From Eledone cirrhosa (lineage: Eukaryota): a stretch of DNA of 64,000 nt. The DNA lies in the NCBI GenBank assembly GCA_964016885.1, contig OZ024762.1, positions 21,514,001 through 21,578,000 of the forward strand. Reading direction: 5' to 3'. A model generated the notes under the pieces. That model did not search any database. It had not been told where the DNA came from and saw nothing but the letters and a program-made list of their open reading frames with translations. The stretch's first letter is position 1; every line of letters starts with the position of its first letter. The translations under genes and the position numbers were made by a program. Below, one piece after another: positions 15,696 to 31,354 of this stretch.

Positions 15696-15840
15696 TTAAT
15701 ATCATTGGATTTAATATATATATTATATATATATAAATATTAATATGCTAATATTTACTAATATGCAAATCAAGCCGATCAGTGACTGTATATTTTAGAA
15801 AATATCATATAATTTCACTAGCTCTGACAGTTGGCAGGTA

Positions 15841-15901
15841 AACAGAATACTGTACTGATGAAGGGTAACCACCCAGAAACATTAGTGTCTGCAGTTCTGT
15901 T
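15841..15901 (+). ncRNA. Type I hammerhead ribozyme
   Basis: 12-bp bulged stem I, CTGATGA 15855-15861, stem II GGGT/ACCC with A.A at 10.1/11.1, GAAACA-TTAG-TGTC, predicted cleavage after 15889. Confidence 0.75.
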
Positions 15902-16027
15902 AACATGCCAACACAAGAGCAAGAATGACCAAGTCGTTCTATTGATACGGCTTAAAGAGGCTGTTTGCAAAATAGCAAATGTATCGAATATTAAATTTAT
16001 TATTAGGAAACCTCAGATTACATTTAT

Positions 16028-16141
<114 letters not shown>

Positions 16142-16294
16142 ATACGTATATATACATATATATATATATATATACGTATATATATATACGTATGTATATA
16201 TGTATATGTGTGTATTATACATATATATATACGTGTATATATATATATATATATATACGTATGTATATATGTATATATGTGTGTGTATGTATAA

Positions 16295-16400
<106 letters not shown>

Positions 16401-16594
16401 GAGTTGATTCCAACAAATTCTTGCAGACGTTCTTGAAGAATATAAGGAATTGATCCGGAAATGATTCTTCGCTCCAAGACAAACCAAATATATTTGGCAA
16501 AATTACTTTAGCTTTAATAAATGCATCTTGCAGCAGCTTCAGCTCAGATTTATTTACAGAACATTCTATAATGCTCTTTTAGTAGGTTATATGG

Positions 16595-16644
<50 letters not shown>

Positions 16645-17266
16645 ATAATAATAAAATTGAAGACTAAAATCCAATGAGGTCTCGATAAGGAAAATATATA
16701 TCAAATATATAAGAACCGTAGGTTTTGCGTATGCTTGTGTATGTACGTATCTGTTTGCGTGTATGTATTTATTTGTTCCTATTACTTCTGTATTGTATTT
16801 ATTTACTTTGTTCTTAACTCTGTAGCGGAGATTCATTTGGTCTCCTAGTTAGAATTTTAGTCTAGGATTTCTGCTATACCATTTACGTGGTTTTGTCTTT
16901 GCGTGCTATTGTTCTCCGCGCTCCACATATGACTTATTATCTTCGTTTTTTTCGTTCATTGCCAGAGAACGTCTCTATGAACCACCTAAGAGAACATTAG
17001 TCTACGACCTCTTTTGTACCATAAACGTGGTTTCGTCTTTGCGCGTAATTGTTTTTCACCGCTCCTATTAATGACGTATTATTCGTTTTTTCCCGCTCTT
17101 TGCCAGCGAACGTTACCACGAACAAAAGTATCGTCTTCCTGTCTTCCTCCGGTTGCAACGTTTTTTTGAAATATCCAGTTCTGCGTTTACAGATTGACTT
17201 TGTTAGTTTCAGAAGATCCCGTTAAGGGTGAAAGCAGCGATTCTTTGCTTAAACTTTAATCTGTTA

Positions 17267-17324
<58 letters not shown>

Positions 17325-17675
17325 AATAAGGGCGCTGCGGAGTTGCAATTGGGTTACATATGAAAAAAGTTTGTCCTTCATCAGTGATCTTCCAACCATC
17401 ATAGGCATTTCATCGCTTTAAAGACCATATACCTCCGGTTGGTGCGAGCAACGGCTAAAAAAAGTCGTTGGGACACGTAAATAAAGGGGACGCGAGGGTA
17501 AACAAACAAAATGCTGAAGCAACAGAAAGTATATATATATATAATATATATATATAATGGTCTGAGTGAAGATTACCTTTCGCGAGTTCATGTGTATATT
17601 TATTTATATATATATATATGTGTGTATATAGTGACGAAACATAAGTCAATTGCATGAACTCATAATCCTTTATTT

Positions 17676-17731
17676 ACTGCTATATATAGTTCGATGACAG
17701 CCATTGAATGGCTATGATCTCATCAGGCAGT
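17676..17731 (-). ncRNA. Hammerhead motif (family E) with GAAC instead of GAAA
   Basis: actgc-CTGATGA-gat c atagccatt..aatggctgt c atc-GAAC-TATATATA-gcagt; paralog at 56764-56819. Confidence 0.6.
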
Positions 17732-17794
17732 TAGTCAGTTCTTAGATATGCCAGCTCTGTGTTTATAGTGTTGATGGTATCAGAGCCTTGGGAC

Positions 17795-17852
<58 letters not shown>

Positions 17853-17968
17853 GTTTTAACGAAGATTAACTTTGGAGAGTTCAAGTGTATATATATATAT
17901 ATATATATATATATGTAATGTTTTTAGCGAAGATTAACTTTGGAGAATTCATGTATATATACATACAT

Positions 17969-18150
17969 ATAGGAAAAGAGTCAGAACCCCGACGGCAGAG
18001 CTCAAGCCGTTTCGACGGCTATTTCTGGGACTCCAGAAATAGCTGTCGAAACGGCTTGAGTTCTGCCGTCGGGGTTCTGACTCTTTTCCTATTACCCGCT
18101 CTACTACCCAAAGTATCGAGTACTCTGGAGTCATTACGTCACGTCCTTCG

Positions 18151-18153
<3 letters not shown>
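17969..18153 (+). mobile_element. Family A variant with fold-back
   Basis: Both arms share the copy-specific AAAGAGTCAGAACC variant. Confidence 0.8.
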
Positions 18154-18204
<51 letters not shown>

Positions 18205-18686
18205 GTGTGTGTGTGTGAGTGTGTATATATATTATTTCATATAGAAATGACAGCTAAAGAACTAGAACTTTGAAATAAAGACATCCTGGACAGTGAGAGT
18301 GCTTGTGTGAGTGAGAGAATAAGCGAGAGAGAGAGAGAGAGAGAGAGTGAGAGATAGAGGGAAAGAGCATTTGCACAATCTGTATTTGACTGAAACTTTA
18401 TTTATCGACCTCCAAAGTATGAAAGGCAAAATAAACTTTGCTGGGATTTGAACTCCGCCTGCAATGAGCCTATAGACATCCCGACGTCGTTAATTCCACG
18501 CCCCTAACGGCTCGTAGCCATATTTCCCGCCTTCGTTTTATTCCCATTTATATCACAAACCATTCTATTATCAACAACTGTTTCCTATTACGTAGTAACA
18601 CCTAATTCTTATCTCGCTCTGCTATAAACGATGTTATATAATGTACGAGATACAGGTGCGTGTGTGTGTATGATGTATGATGTATG

Positions 18687-18786
<100 letters not shown>

Positions 18787-18836
18787 GTATATATATGTAT
18801 ATATATACATATACATATATATATATATACATGTAC

Positions 18837-18867
<31 letters not shown>

Positions 18868-18868
18868 C

Positions 18869-18933
<65 letters not shown>

Positions 18934-19040
18934 TATACATATATATATGTATATATATATATATATATATATACATGTAAAAATATATATACATACATAC
19001 ATATATATATATATATACACGCATATATATATATATATAG

Positions 19041-19124
<84 letters not shown>

Positions 19125-19782
19125 ATGTGTGTGTGTATATTTATTTATTTTTATATATATGAATGTGTGTGTATATTTGTGTGTGTGTATGCCTCTCATG
19201 TACTGAAGGAATTTTATGACGGGGTTTAACACCCTTTAAACCCCACCGCAACACACACTCTAAACAAAACCTAAAATATATAATGGGCGGTTATATATAG
19301 CACTCAACGTTACATATTTGAATTGTCAGACTCATGTTTTATTATAAACAACATCTGCCTTGTTTAAGATATACATAAAGTATTCAACGATATATCCATA
19401 AATCCATCTATATATACATACATACGTATATGCATATATACTTACGTATATACAGACATATGTATATACATACATACATACATACATACATACATGCATA
19501 CATACATTTATATGTACATATATATGTACATATATATGTACATATATACATATTTACAAGCATACTTACATTCATATATACATACATACGTACATATATA
19601 CATACATGCATACATATATATATATACATACAGATATACATACATACATTCATATGTACATACATGCATACATATATACTTACATACATACATACGCATA
19701 TACATTCGTACGTACGTACATACAATCCATCCGTCCATCCGCCCATGTATACATACAAACATAAATACATACATACATACAA

Positions 19783-19854
<72 letters not shown>

Positions 19855-20019
19855 ATACTTACTGAGACAAACACAAAGGTATACCTTAGGCAAATATTTC
19901 ATTCATTTATTATATATTGGGCGTAGTATATACATATTGGGGTGTTGTCAAAATGTATGTACGTATGTATGTTATCTCTTTCTCTTAATTTCGAGTATAT
20001 TCTTGACCGGCCACCTTCC

Positions 20020-20352
20020 TGGTGGCAAGGTTGGAAAAAGAAAAGAAATTGTCATCCCTTGAATCGCAAGAATGTTTTGCAAATTTTGAAGGTGCCAGCT
20101 ATCGCAGCCATGTGTAGACTATGAATTAGGGAGCTGCGCTCTTTGTCCGCAAATCCAAATTCAGTTATACTTTGGTCCAAGCGGGTTGGTATATAACCCG
20201 TAGCTCCAATAATGATGGGTATGAAGCCAAAGGTGTATCTTGGATACTGGATTTGTAAACTCCTCATCAATGGTCCTTAGATATCCTCCTTCTCCTGTAT
20301 TTTTCTGACAACGTTTACATCAAGTGGGCAGCTGATCTCCACAACAGAACAC
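20020..20352 (-). mobile_element. RLE-bearing non-LTR retrotransposon fragment (R2/R4/NeSL group)
   Basis: VVEISCPLDVNV..KIQEKE..PIIIGATGYIP..GTFKICKTF, with an in-frame stop. Confidence 0.75.
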
Positions 20353-20865
20353 GTATGTATGTATGTGTGAGTGTGTGTCTGTACGTATATACGTATTTTT
20401 CCCAATAGAGAGATAATCTGTTCCTAACATAGACACAAGACTCTCATTGGAATTTACACAACATCAACTAGGTAGATATGTATGCATGTCTGCATGCATA
20501 CATGTGTAGATATGGATGTTATTGTATGTGTGGATGTGTATGTTTTGAGTTGTATGTGTGCATGTGTATATGCTTTGTATCTGTACATGTGTATATGCAG
20601 TTATTAGACGCAAACATTTTTGGAATGTTTTACATATTTTTACTGTTCCATTAATGGATTGCACTTCCTAACTATATACGTATGTAGGTAGGTATATATA
20701 GAGTGAGATATGTATGTAGGTAGGTATATATAGAGTGAGATCCATCATCTCGACAGTAGTCAACGAATGATGATGATGATGAGGTATATATATATGTATG
20801 AATAGATGTATGTATGTACATACGTATGAGTGTTTGAGTGTTTGTATGTATGTATGTATGCATAT

Positions 20866-21072
20866 ATCTGGAGATCTCTCTGCACTTGTCGTCACATGGT
20901 ACCATGGGCCCAGCACTATGTGTCAATAATTGTCACAAGTGTAGTGTTTGCACCAGAGTTTTCAAGTCACTGGCTGGGCTAAAAAGTGAGACTCGTTCAG
21001 CGCATCGGTAGGGGTTCTCCTACATGGATATAAAGTAGTGGCCGTACTCGAAAACGAGTTGGCAGCCACCAT
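20866..21072 (+). mobile_element. RTE LINE 3' end with terminal zinc-finger remnant
   Basis: CHKCSVCTRVFKSLAGLKS..RSAHR*; matches 53795-53988. Confidence 0.7.
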
Positions 21073-21099
21073 ATGTATGCATGTATGTCTGGTAGATAT

Positions 21100-22560
21100 A
21101 CAGAATCGGTAGAGCGGTAGATAAAATGTTTTCCAGCATTTGTTCCTTTTCTTTGTGTTCTGAGTTCAAATGCCATCAAGTTTAGTTTTGCCTCTCATCT
21201 GTAAGAAGTAGACAAAATAAAGTACCAGTAATGCACTGCGGTCGATTTAATCAACTTTACCCTGCCCCGAAATTGTTGGCCTTGTGCCAAAAGCAGAAAC
21301 CATCATTATTAAGGGGCGTTGGATTGGCAGTATCGGTAGAGCGTCTGACAACATGCTTTACCGCATAGAGTTACGGCTCTTTACGGTTTGAGTTCAAATC
21401 CCGCCGAGGTTAACTTTGCCTTTCTTCCTTACGGGGGTCGATAAAATAAAGTACCAGTAATGTACTGAGTAATTGATGGCCTTGTGCCTAAAGTAGAAAC
21501 AATTATTTTTTAGAGTTATGGCCCTTTACGTCTGAGTTCAAATCCCGCCGAGGTTAACTTTGCCTTTCACCCTTACGGGGGGTCGATAAAATAAAGTACC
21601 AGTAATGTACTGGGTATTTGCTGGCCTTGTGCCAAAAGCAGAAACAATTATTATTAAGGGCGATGGATTGGCAGTATCGGTAGAGGGTCTGACAACACAT
21701 TTTGTGGCATATTGTTACGGCCCTTTACGTTCAGAGTTCGAATCACGCCGATGTTAGCTTTGATTTGGATCCTTACGGGATCGATATAAAAAAGTATAAA
21801 AAAGATATGGTTGACCTTGGGCCTATATAAGAAAGCATAGGGCGGTGGATTGGCAGCATCGGTAGAGGGTCAGGCGCCATGTTTGCAGCAAGTAGTTACG
21901 TCCCTTTATGGTCTGAGTTCAAATCCCGCCGAGGTTAACTTTGCCTTTCATCCTTACGGGGTCGATAAAATAAAGTACCAGTCACGCACTGGGGTCGATT
22001 TAATCGACTTTCCCCTCCTCCAAATTCGCTGGCCTTGTGCCGATATAAGAAACCATTATTTAATGTACTGGGTAATTGCTGGCCTTGTGCCAAAAGTAGA
22101 AACCATTATTATTAACGACAGTGGATTGGCAGTATCGGTAGAAGGTTCGACGCCATGCTTTGCAGCATAGAGTTACACCCCTTTACGTTCTGAGTTCAAA
22201 TCCCGCCGAGGTTAATTTGTTTTTCATCCTTACGGGGTCGATAAAATAAAGTACCAGTAATGCACTGGGATAATTGCTGGCCTTGTGCCAAAAGTAGAAA
22301 CCATTATTATTAACGACAGTGGATTGGCAGTATCGGTAGAAGGTTCGACGCCATGCTTTGCAGCATAGAGTTACACCCCTTTACGTTCTGAGTTCAAATC
22401 CCGCCGAGGTTAATTTGTTTTTCATCCTTACGGGGTCGATAAAATAAAGTACCAGTAATGCACTGGAGTATTTGCTGGCCTTGTGCCAAAAGTAGAAATT
22501 ATTATTAAGGGCGGTGGATTTGCAGTATCGGTAGAGCGCCTGACGACAGGTTTTGCGCCG
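21100..22560 (+). mobile_element. Head-to-tail cluster of 7-8 SINE family 1 copies including a 198-bp near-perfect duplication
   Basis: Repeated GGATTGGCAGTATCGGTAGA / GAGTTCAAATCCCGCCGAGG units; GGCCTTGTGCCAAAAG at 22081 and 22279. Confidence 0.88.
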
Positions 22561-22739
22561 TTTCAGTTACTTCATGTACGTTTAGAAACCGATATTATTA
22601 TAGTCTTTTAACGGCGTCTTGCTATATACTTTACCAAGAGGCACCGTATTTAATATCCCATTTACACATTTCACTTTACAGTTTCCAGTTAAGATTTATG
22701 TCTAACTTTCAGTAGTGCACTTAGAAGCTTATTTATCTC

Positions 22740-22845
<106 letters not shown>

Positions 22846-22860
22846 CATATATATATATAT

Positions 22861-22903
<43 letters not shown>

Positions 22904-22979
22904 TATACATATATATATACATATATATACATATATATATACATATATATATATACATATATATAAACGTAAATATATG

Positions 22980-23030
<51 letters not shown>

Positions 23031-23069
23031 ATATATATATATACATATACATATATATATACACACACA

Positions 23070-23129
<60 letters not shown>

Positions 23130-23635
23130 CACATATATATACATATATATATATATACACATATATATACATATATATATATGTATATACATATATATAA
23201 ACGTAAATATATATGTGTGTGTGTCTGTGTATGTGTGTTTGTCTCTGTGTGTCTGAGTGTCGATGTGTGTGTGTTTGTGTGTGTGTGTCTCTGTGGGTAT
23301 GTGTGTATGTGTGTGTTTTTGTGTCTGTGTGTGTGGATACTGCGTAATTTTACACTACTCGTTCACATATGGTAAATGAGAAAAACATATGGCTGGTGTG
23401 TTAATAACGCCATTTGCTTCAATATATTTTCCACATTATTTCACAGTAATGGTGAGGGGAGTTTTATTTCTGATCTATTTCTATCTTATCCAGAAATCTG
23501 TAACTTACTTTTAAGCATTGGTGTATGGACGCCATTACAGCAACATAACTCACATATACACGTAGTCACACACATCCTATCATACACATATATATATACA
23601 TGTGTATGTTTGTGTGTATGTCTTTATGCATATAT

Positions 23636-23682
<47 letters not shown>

Positions 23683-23767
23683 CATTTATATATACATACA
23701 CATACATACACTTATATATACATATATACATGTATATATATACATATATATATATTTATAAACGCAC

Positions 23768-23817
<50 letters not shown>

Positions 23818-24121
23818 GAACACTGGAAGGTAATATCCGTAGTGGCAGAGCACTCTGTCCATAGGACGAGTTTGGCCATTCATGTTGACAACTCTTGCAA
23901 AACTTTTGGTGCTGGCGTTTTGTGTATGATTTGTTTTTTTTAGAAAAGTGGATGAAAAATGGATGATGACACACACACAGACACACACACACAGACACAC
24001 ACACACACACACACACACAAATACATGCTTACGCACGTGCACAAGTATAGCTTGTTCATGGATATATATTCATACGTGCACACAGACATATATACATAAA
24101 TCTATCTATCTATATCTATAT

Positions 24122-24334
24122 ATAGGAACGAGTAGGACCCCGACGGCTGAGTTCAAGCCGTTTCGACGGCTAATTCTGGTCTAAAATCAATTTTAGTCCA
24201 GAATTAGCCGTCGAAACGGCTTGAGCTCAGCCGTCGGGGTCCTACTCGTTCCTATTACCCACTCTACTACCCTAAGTATTGAGTACTTTGGTGCGTTATG
24301 GTCCACCTGGTTCCTTACCACATTTCCTTCGTTA
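24122..24334 (+). mobile_element. Family A element with fold-back
   Basis: Short arm 24122-24179, spacer, then long arm ending TTCCTTCGTTATA. Confidence 0.85.
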
Positions 24335-24338
24335 TATC

Positions 24339-24374
<36 letters not shown>

Positions 24375-25314
24375 CGTGTGTGTGTGTGTGTCTGTCGGTG
24401 TGTGTGGGTGGTGTCACTTAGGATAACAATCACATAGTTTTTAAAATGGAACCTAATGTCATTTAGATAAATCTGAATTCTGAAATATTATAATTTATTC
24501 CTGTTTCAAGAATCTCACACTGTTTGCCAGAAGTAGCATCCAATTCTCCCTCAATATATACCCTACAAGCCAGAAGGAACATTGGATATTGTAATCAGAA
24601 ATTAATCTCGGTGGCTATAGGGCGGGGATTAAGTTGAGGTTAGGATTGTCACCAATCGATTGTCTTTGGTCATGTGTCTGTTCGATGAGAATTTGAACTG
24701 ATTTCAACCAACACCTAAAGAAACAAGCATTTATTTCTGATGAAATAAAAGTTAGGGAAGGGTTATCAACATCGTCATCATGGACCCATAACCCTCTTTG
24801 GGGATCTTTGGGGCACTGCAGCGCCGAATGCAGCACTAAACGTTGCACTATATGTGACGGTCATGGGTGATTGCTTGAATTTTGGCAAAGTTCTTTCCCC
24901 TTCCACTCTGCTATCTTGTCCGTCCAACATTTCCTGTGTCTACCTCAGCCTCTCTGATATTGCACTCTTCCATGGAGAATCGTCTTAGAGAGTTCGTACA
25001 GTCTTGTTACACGACAATGCCACCTACTGCCCGGGGAGAGTATGATCAGCAATCTAATAGTTTTGATCTTAGAGGTTAAACAACAACAGTAATAGAAACA
25101 GAGACAAATGCACACTGTAATGTTGATTGTTTTCTGTAAAACTGCTTCTGCCTACCATCAAATTTGTTTTAATTAAATATATATCGAAAAGAAGGTTGAT
25201 TAGCAAATTACTGTGTACAGGGAAATATAGAATATTGTCAATTTCATATGACACGCCCACTTTCACACTAATTTTCTCTGACTGACACTTTCACTATATA
25301 TATATGTGTGTGTG

Positions 25315-25518
<204 letters not shown>

Positions 25519-25603
25519 ATAAATGAAACAAACAAAACATAGGAGGCAATTTTTACACAGTTATATTAGGTTGACGCTTGGTGGAAATGGATATATATAT
25601 ATA

Positions 25604-25638
<35 letters not shown>

Positions 25639-25667
25639 TTATATATGTGTGTACATATACGTATATA

Positions 25668-25698
<31 letters not shown>

Positions 25699-25821
25699 TT
25701 ATATATGTATATATATGCATATATATATATATATGTATATATATATTTATGTATATATATATATATATATATACATCTATGTATACATATATATGTATAT
25801 ATATATGTGTGTATATATATG

Positions 25822-25852
<31 letters not shown>

Positions 25853-25895
25853 ATATATTTATATATATATATATATATATACATGTATATATATG

Positions 25896-25976
<81 letters not shown>

Positions 25977-26026
25977 AAACGTGGATCTGTTATCTTTGCC
26001 ATCAAGTTTCACACTCCTTCTATCTG

Positions 26027-26136
<110 letters not shown>

Positions 26137-26350
26137 CATCTTCTCGAATATTCCGATTTCTAGTTTCACTTAATATAACACGTTTCTATATAACGAATTT
26201 AAATTCAAGTGCTTCTTGAAATGTGAATAAGGATTAAAATTTGAGCGGAGAGAAAAATTAATTTACTTCGCGCATGGATCAATATTTCAGAGATACGCAT
26301 GCATAAACATGGATACATGCATACATAGATATGCCACCATACAAATATAT

Positions 26351-26397
<47 letters not shown>

Positions 26398-26682
26398 ACT
26401 GATTATTGTTTCCTTGAACTACATATTTGTATGTATATATATATATATATATATGAGTGCGTGTCTGTGTGTATACATGTATATATGTGTGCGTTTGTGT
26501 GTGTGTGTGTTCATATAATATTTTAATATTTTAACTAATAACAGAAATATGAATTGTTATCAATTGTCGAATGCTGTAATATATTCCATCAACTGCGACA
26601 TGTATTAATGGTTGTGTAAATACATGAATTAATGACGTCAAATACATAGATATATAGTATGTATGTATATGTGAAGATATAA

Positions 26683-26741
<59 letters not shown>

Positions 26742-26809
26742 GTGTGCATGTATATGTGTATAAAATATAAACATATATACATATATATATATTTATGTAT
26801 ATATATGTA

Positions 26810-26897
<88 letters not shown>

Positions 26898-26962
26898 TAT
26901 AAATATATATATGTATATATAAATATATATATAGATAGATACATATGTATGTAGATAGTTAC

Positions 26963-27010
<48 letters not shown>

Positions 27011-27199
27011 GTGAGAGAGAGAAAGAGAGAGAGAGGCGGGGTGAGATATATAGATTTGTGTATCTACGTATGTATGTTTTTATGTATATATATATATGTA
27101 TATATCTATGTATCTATTACATAGTGGATGAACACGTAATATTCTAAATGTGATATCACTTCTGAAACGTGATAAGACTATTCGATGAATATTCTACAG

Positions 27200-27310
27200 C
27201 AATAATTGTTTCTACGTTTGGCACATGGCCAGCAATTCCCTCCAGTGTATTACTGGTACTTTATTTTATCGACCCCGTAAGGATGAAAGGCAAAGTTAAC
27301 CTCGGCGGTA
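27200..27310 (-). mobile_element. SINE family 1, 5'-truncated
   Basis: Tail and core match. Confidence 0.75.
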
Positions 27311-27445
27311 TCTTCCTACTTTAGAAATAATAGAAACTACATATTAAGTATATTTGCGTTTTCTCGCAAATAACTCACAAATATATATACAGACATACAC
27401 ACACCCACATGTATATATACATACATACATATATACATGCATATA

Positions 27446-27665
27446 GGCGCATGGTTTAGTGGTTAGAGTATTGGGCTTGCAATCGAAAGGTTGTGAGTTC
27501 AATTATCAGACCGGGTGATGTATTGTTTCCTTGAGCAAGACACTTTATTTCACATTGCTCCAGTTTACTCAGCTGTAGAAATGAGATTAAATTACCTATG
27601 ACACCTCCAACGAGATATACCTTGGAGGAGGCCATCTAAACCTGCATACAGGTGTGAGCTGTTAC
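27446..27665 (+). mobile_element. SINE family 2, tail type b
   Basis: GGCGCATGGTTTAGTGG A-box, GAGTTCAATT B-box, CCTTGAGCAAGACAC core. Confidence 0.8.
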
Positions 27666-27918
27666 ACACACACATGCATACATACATGCACATATTTATC
27701 TCTCACCCACTCTCTCTTTCTCTCCCTCTATCTATCTCCCGCTCTCGCTCTTTATATATAAATATAATATAGAAAACATATATAGAGATACACATATATA
27801 TATATACGTGTACTGCCACTCTAAATTCTGTAATGAATGTTGACCCACAATGTTTGCATATGTATCGGTATGGCTCTTGGCTGAAAAGGAGGTCAAATAA
27901 CTGTCCATGCATTAATAA

Positions 27919-27971
27919 ATTGCTCCGAAGAATCCAAACCTCGGTTTGGAGGAAACAGCTGTAGGCACAAT
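27919..27971 (+). ncRNA. Degenerate hammerhead motif
   Basis: CCGAAGA (U4C), stem II TCCAAAC/GTTTGGA, GAAAC-AGCT-GTA with palindromic loop, imperfect stem I. Confidence 0.55.
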
Positions 27972-28072
27972 AATGTTTTGAACAGTTCTTTGATTCTTAT
28001 ATTTCATATATATATACACACATTTATATAAATTATATATATACACACACTATATATATATATATATATATA

Positions 28073-28276
28073 TAACGAAGGAAATGTGGTAAGGAACCAG
28101 GTGGACCATAACGCACCAAAGTACTCAATACTTAGGGTAGTAGAGTGGATAATAGGAAAATGTTCAAGGGGTCTTGAACATTTTCCTATATATATATATA
28201 TATTTCGACGGCTAATTCTGGGCTCAGAATTAGCCGTCGAAACCGCTTGAGCTCAGCCGTCGGGGTCCTACTCATT

Positions 28277-28280
<4 letters not shown>
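28073..28280 (-). mobile_element. Family A element(s) with two fold-backs
   Basis: Hairpin AGGAAAATGTTCAAG/CTTGAACATTTTCCT followed by a second family A hairpin fragment. Confidence 0.8.
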
Positions 28281-28335
<55 letters not shown>

Positions 28336-28507
28336 CGTTTTTGAATATGTTGTGCGAGATTTCTTATCTGAAAACCTGTGTTGAAACAGATATTGTTTTA
28401 CTTTGGGAGGGTCCTGTAGTCAATAATTTTATTGGCAACATGACCCTCCCAAGGTATAACAATATATTTACATACATACACACACACACACATATATATG
28501 TATCTGT

Positions 28508-28561
<54 letters not shown>

Positions 28562-28607
28562 ATAAGTATATATGTGTGTATATATGTATATATATATGTA
28601 TATATAT

Positions 28608-28649
<42 letters not shown>

Positions 28650-28695
28650 ATAAGTATATATGTGTGTATATATGTATATATATATGTATATATAT

Positions 28696-28763
<68 letters not shown>

Positions 28764-28774
28764 ATATATATATG

Positions 28775-28843
<69 letters not shown>

Positions 28844-28885
28844 TTATATATATATGTATATATATATGTGTGTGTTTATATATAT

Positions 28886-28943
<58 letters not shown>

Positions 28944-28955
28944 TAGCGTGTGAAA

Positions 28956-29001
<46 letters not shown>

Positions 29002-29620
29002 GTGCGTGTGAAAATGTATATATATATATATATATATCTGTACGTGTGAAAATGTATATATATGTGCGTGTGAAAATGCGCGTGCGTGCGAGTGCGCAGG
29101 TGTGTGTGTGTGTGTGTACATCAGCCATTACATTCCCATTGCAATCTATTCTCAACACAAAAGTACCTAAATCCATTATCAGCGTTTGCGAGGTTAGCCG
29201 CCATCATCTGTTTTGTTACGTTGTCGTCTGTTTTACTCACGCCTTAATGTCTTCCACAATTTTATTGTCTCCAAACGAAATGCAAGCCATTCATACGAAC
29301 GAGATTGTGAACAGAAAACAAGCTGCTTAAGAAATAAATGAATAAGTGTGTGTGTATATGTACACACACACACACACGCATGAATACACACACACACACA
29401 CCACACACGCACACACACGCGCTTATATATATATATATATACATATATATATACATATATATATGTATATTTATATATATATATATATATATATACATGA
29501 AGAAAGCAACGATAAAACTCAGTGGGATCAGAATCATGACTTTCAATACTTGTAAAATAGAATATTGTCTTCCATATATGCATATACATGTATGTATGTA
29601 TGTCAGTATGTGTGTATATA

Positions 29621-29675
<55 letters not shown>

Positions 29676-29833
29676 ATAATAATAAAATTGAAGACTAAAA
29701 TCCAAAGAGGGCTCGATAAGGAAAATATATATCAAATATATAAATGAATAAGTGTGTGTGTATATGTACACACACACACACACGCATGCACACACACACA
29801 CACACACACACCACACACGCACACACACACGCT

Positions 29834-29926
<93 letters not shown>

Positions 29927-30141
29927 TCATATATATATATATATATGTACATTATTAACTGAAGGTTGTACATACACTATTGGCGGCATATAGTTCTAAT
30001 TCTTAAGAGCTCCAGAGAAATATAAAATATCTTATTCGTAGAATTTCATAAGATCATCTAAACACAGAAACCTGGTTTGGTGTTATCCCAGTAAATTGTC
30101 TAGCCCTACTAAATAAGTTCATACTGACACATGTTCCAACC

Positions 30142-30190
<49 letters not shown>

Positions 30191-30275
30191 TATATGGTAA
30201 TAAGAATGTGAAGACTAAAATCAGAGTGAAAGCAGAGATTCTTTGCTTAAACTTTAATCTATTATTATAATAAAC

Positions 30276-30305
<30 letters not shown>

Positions 30306-30307
<2 letters not shown>

Positions 30308-30552
30308 GAACGAGTAGGACCCCGACGGCAGAGCTCAAGCCGTTTCAACGGCTAATTCTGGACTAAAGAAAAAAAATATTTTAATTTTTTTATTTTATTA
30401 TTTTTTTTTTTAGTCCAGAATTAGCTGTCGAAACTGCTTGAGCTCTGCCGACGGGGTAATACTTGTTCCTATTACCCACTCTACTACCCTAAGTATTGAG
30501 TACTTTGGTGCGTTATGGTCCATCTGGTTCCTTGCCACATTTCCTTCGTTAT
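30306..30552 (+). mobile_element. Family A element with fold-back and AT-rich spacer
   Basis: Inverted arms around a ~50-nt A/T spacer. Confidence 0.85.
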
Positions 30553-30609
30553 ATATATATATATATATATATGTGTTTGTGTGTGTATATATAAGTACGT
30601 GTATATATA

Positions 30610-30833
30610 TATATTAAGACAGGGGGGAAGAAAAAATGGCTTCACTTGTGCTTTCAACAAATTTATTTTCTTCACAAAATCCAAAAAGAAAATTTCTTAA
30701 AAAAATTATTTTATAAATTAATTAATTTATAAAATAATTTTTTTAAGAAAAATTCTTTTGGGATTTTGTGAAGAAAATAAATTTGTTGAAAGCACAAGTG
30801 AAGCCATTTTTTCTTCCCCCCTGTCTTAATATA
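30610..30833. repeat. Near-perfect 224-bp palindrome with no spacer
   Basis: Centre at 30721/30722 (TTATAAATTAATTAATTTATAA). Confidence 0.9.
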
Positions 30834-31104
30834 CCTAACTGTACCAAGGATTACACACATTTTCCAATATATATATATATATATCGTTTCTGAATTTGTT
30901 TAGCAAGATTCTTTATCTGAAATCGTGTGTTGAAACCGATATTGTTATACTTTGGGAGGGTCATGTTACCAATAAGAAACACACGCACCAGTTGCTTTCA
31001 CTTCAATTTATTATATATTTATAAATTTATAGATTTACAAATCTACAAACCTATAAATTTCTGGTTGGTTGGTTGGTTCCACAACCAGATAGTTGTTTAT
31101 ATAT

Positions 31105-31149
31105 AGTCATAGTCCTTTCGTCACACACCCTGTGACCTCTTCAGTGACT
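31105..31149 (-). ncRNA. Hammerhead-like motif (family F), inverted copy
   Basis: Reverse complement of 31310-31354. Confidence 0.5.
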
Positions 31150-31309
31150 GGGGATTCCTTTCCTTTGTTTCTGTGCCTTTCCTTTTTTCTATCCTACGCC
31201 ACACCCGGATGTGGCGCATGCGCAAACTGAGCACACAACACACACACAGAAACAAAATGGCGTAGGATAGAAGAAAGGAAAGGCACAGAGACAAAGGAAA
31301 GGAATCCCC

Positions 31310-31354
31310 AGTCACTGAAGAGGTCACAGAGTGTGTGACGAAAGGACTATGACT
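31310..31354 (+). ncRNA. Hammerhead-like motif (family F)
   Basis: agtca-CTGAAGA-g-gtcaca/tgtgac-GAAAG-GA-CTA-tgact; the stem III loop is only 2 nt. Confidence 0.5.

Noticed and set aside
17205-17270. Hammerhead-like CAGAAGA..GAAAG (also 30205-30245 and 30765-30800)
   Set aside because: Too many core substitutions; at best decayed remnants
17340-17430. Permuted hammerhead (GAAA upstream of CTGATGA) in the family also at 50790-50880 and 50970-51030
   Set aside because: Stems II and III do not pair consistently across the three copies
29100-29330. Possible host exon (GTGAGT donor-like site on the minus strand)
   Set aside because: No supporting ORF, acceptor or partner exons
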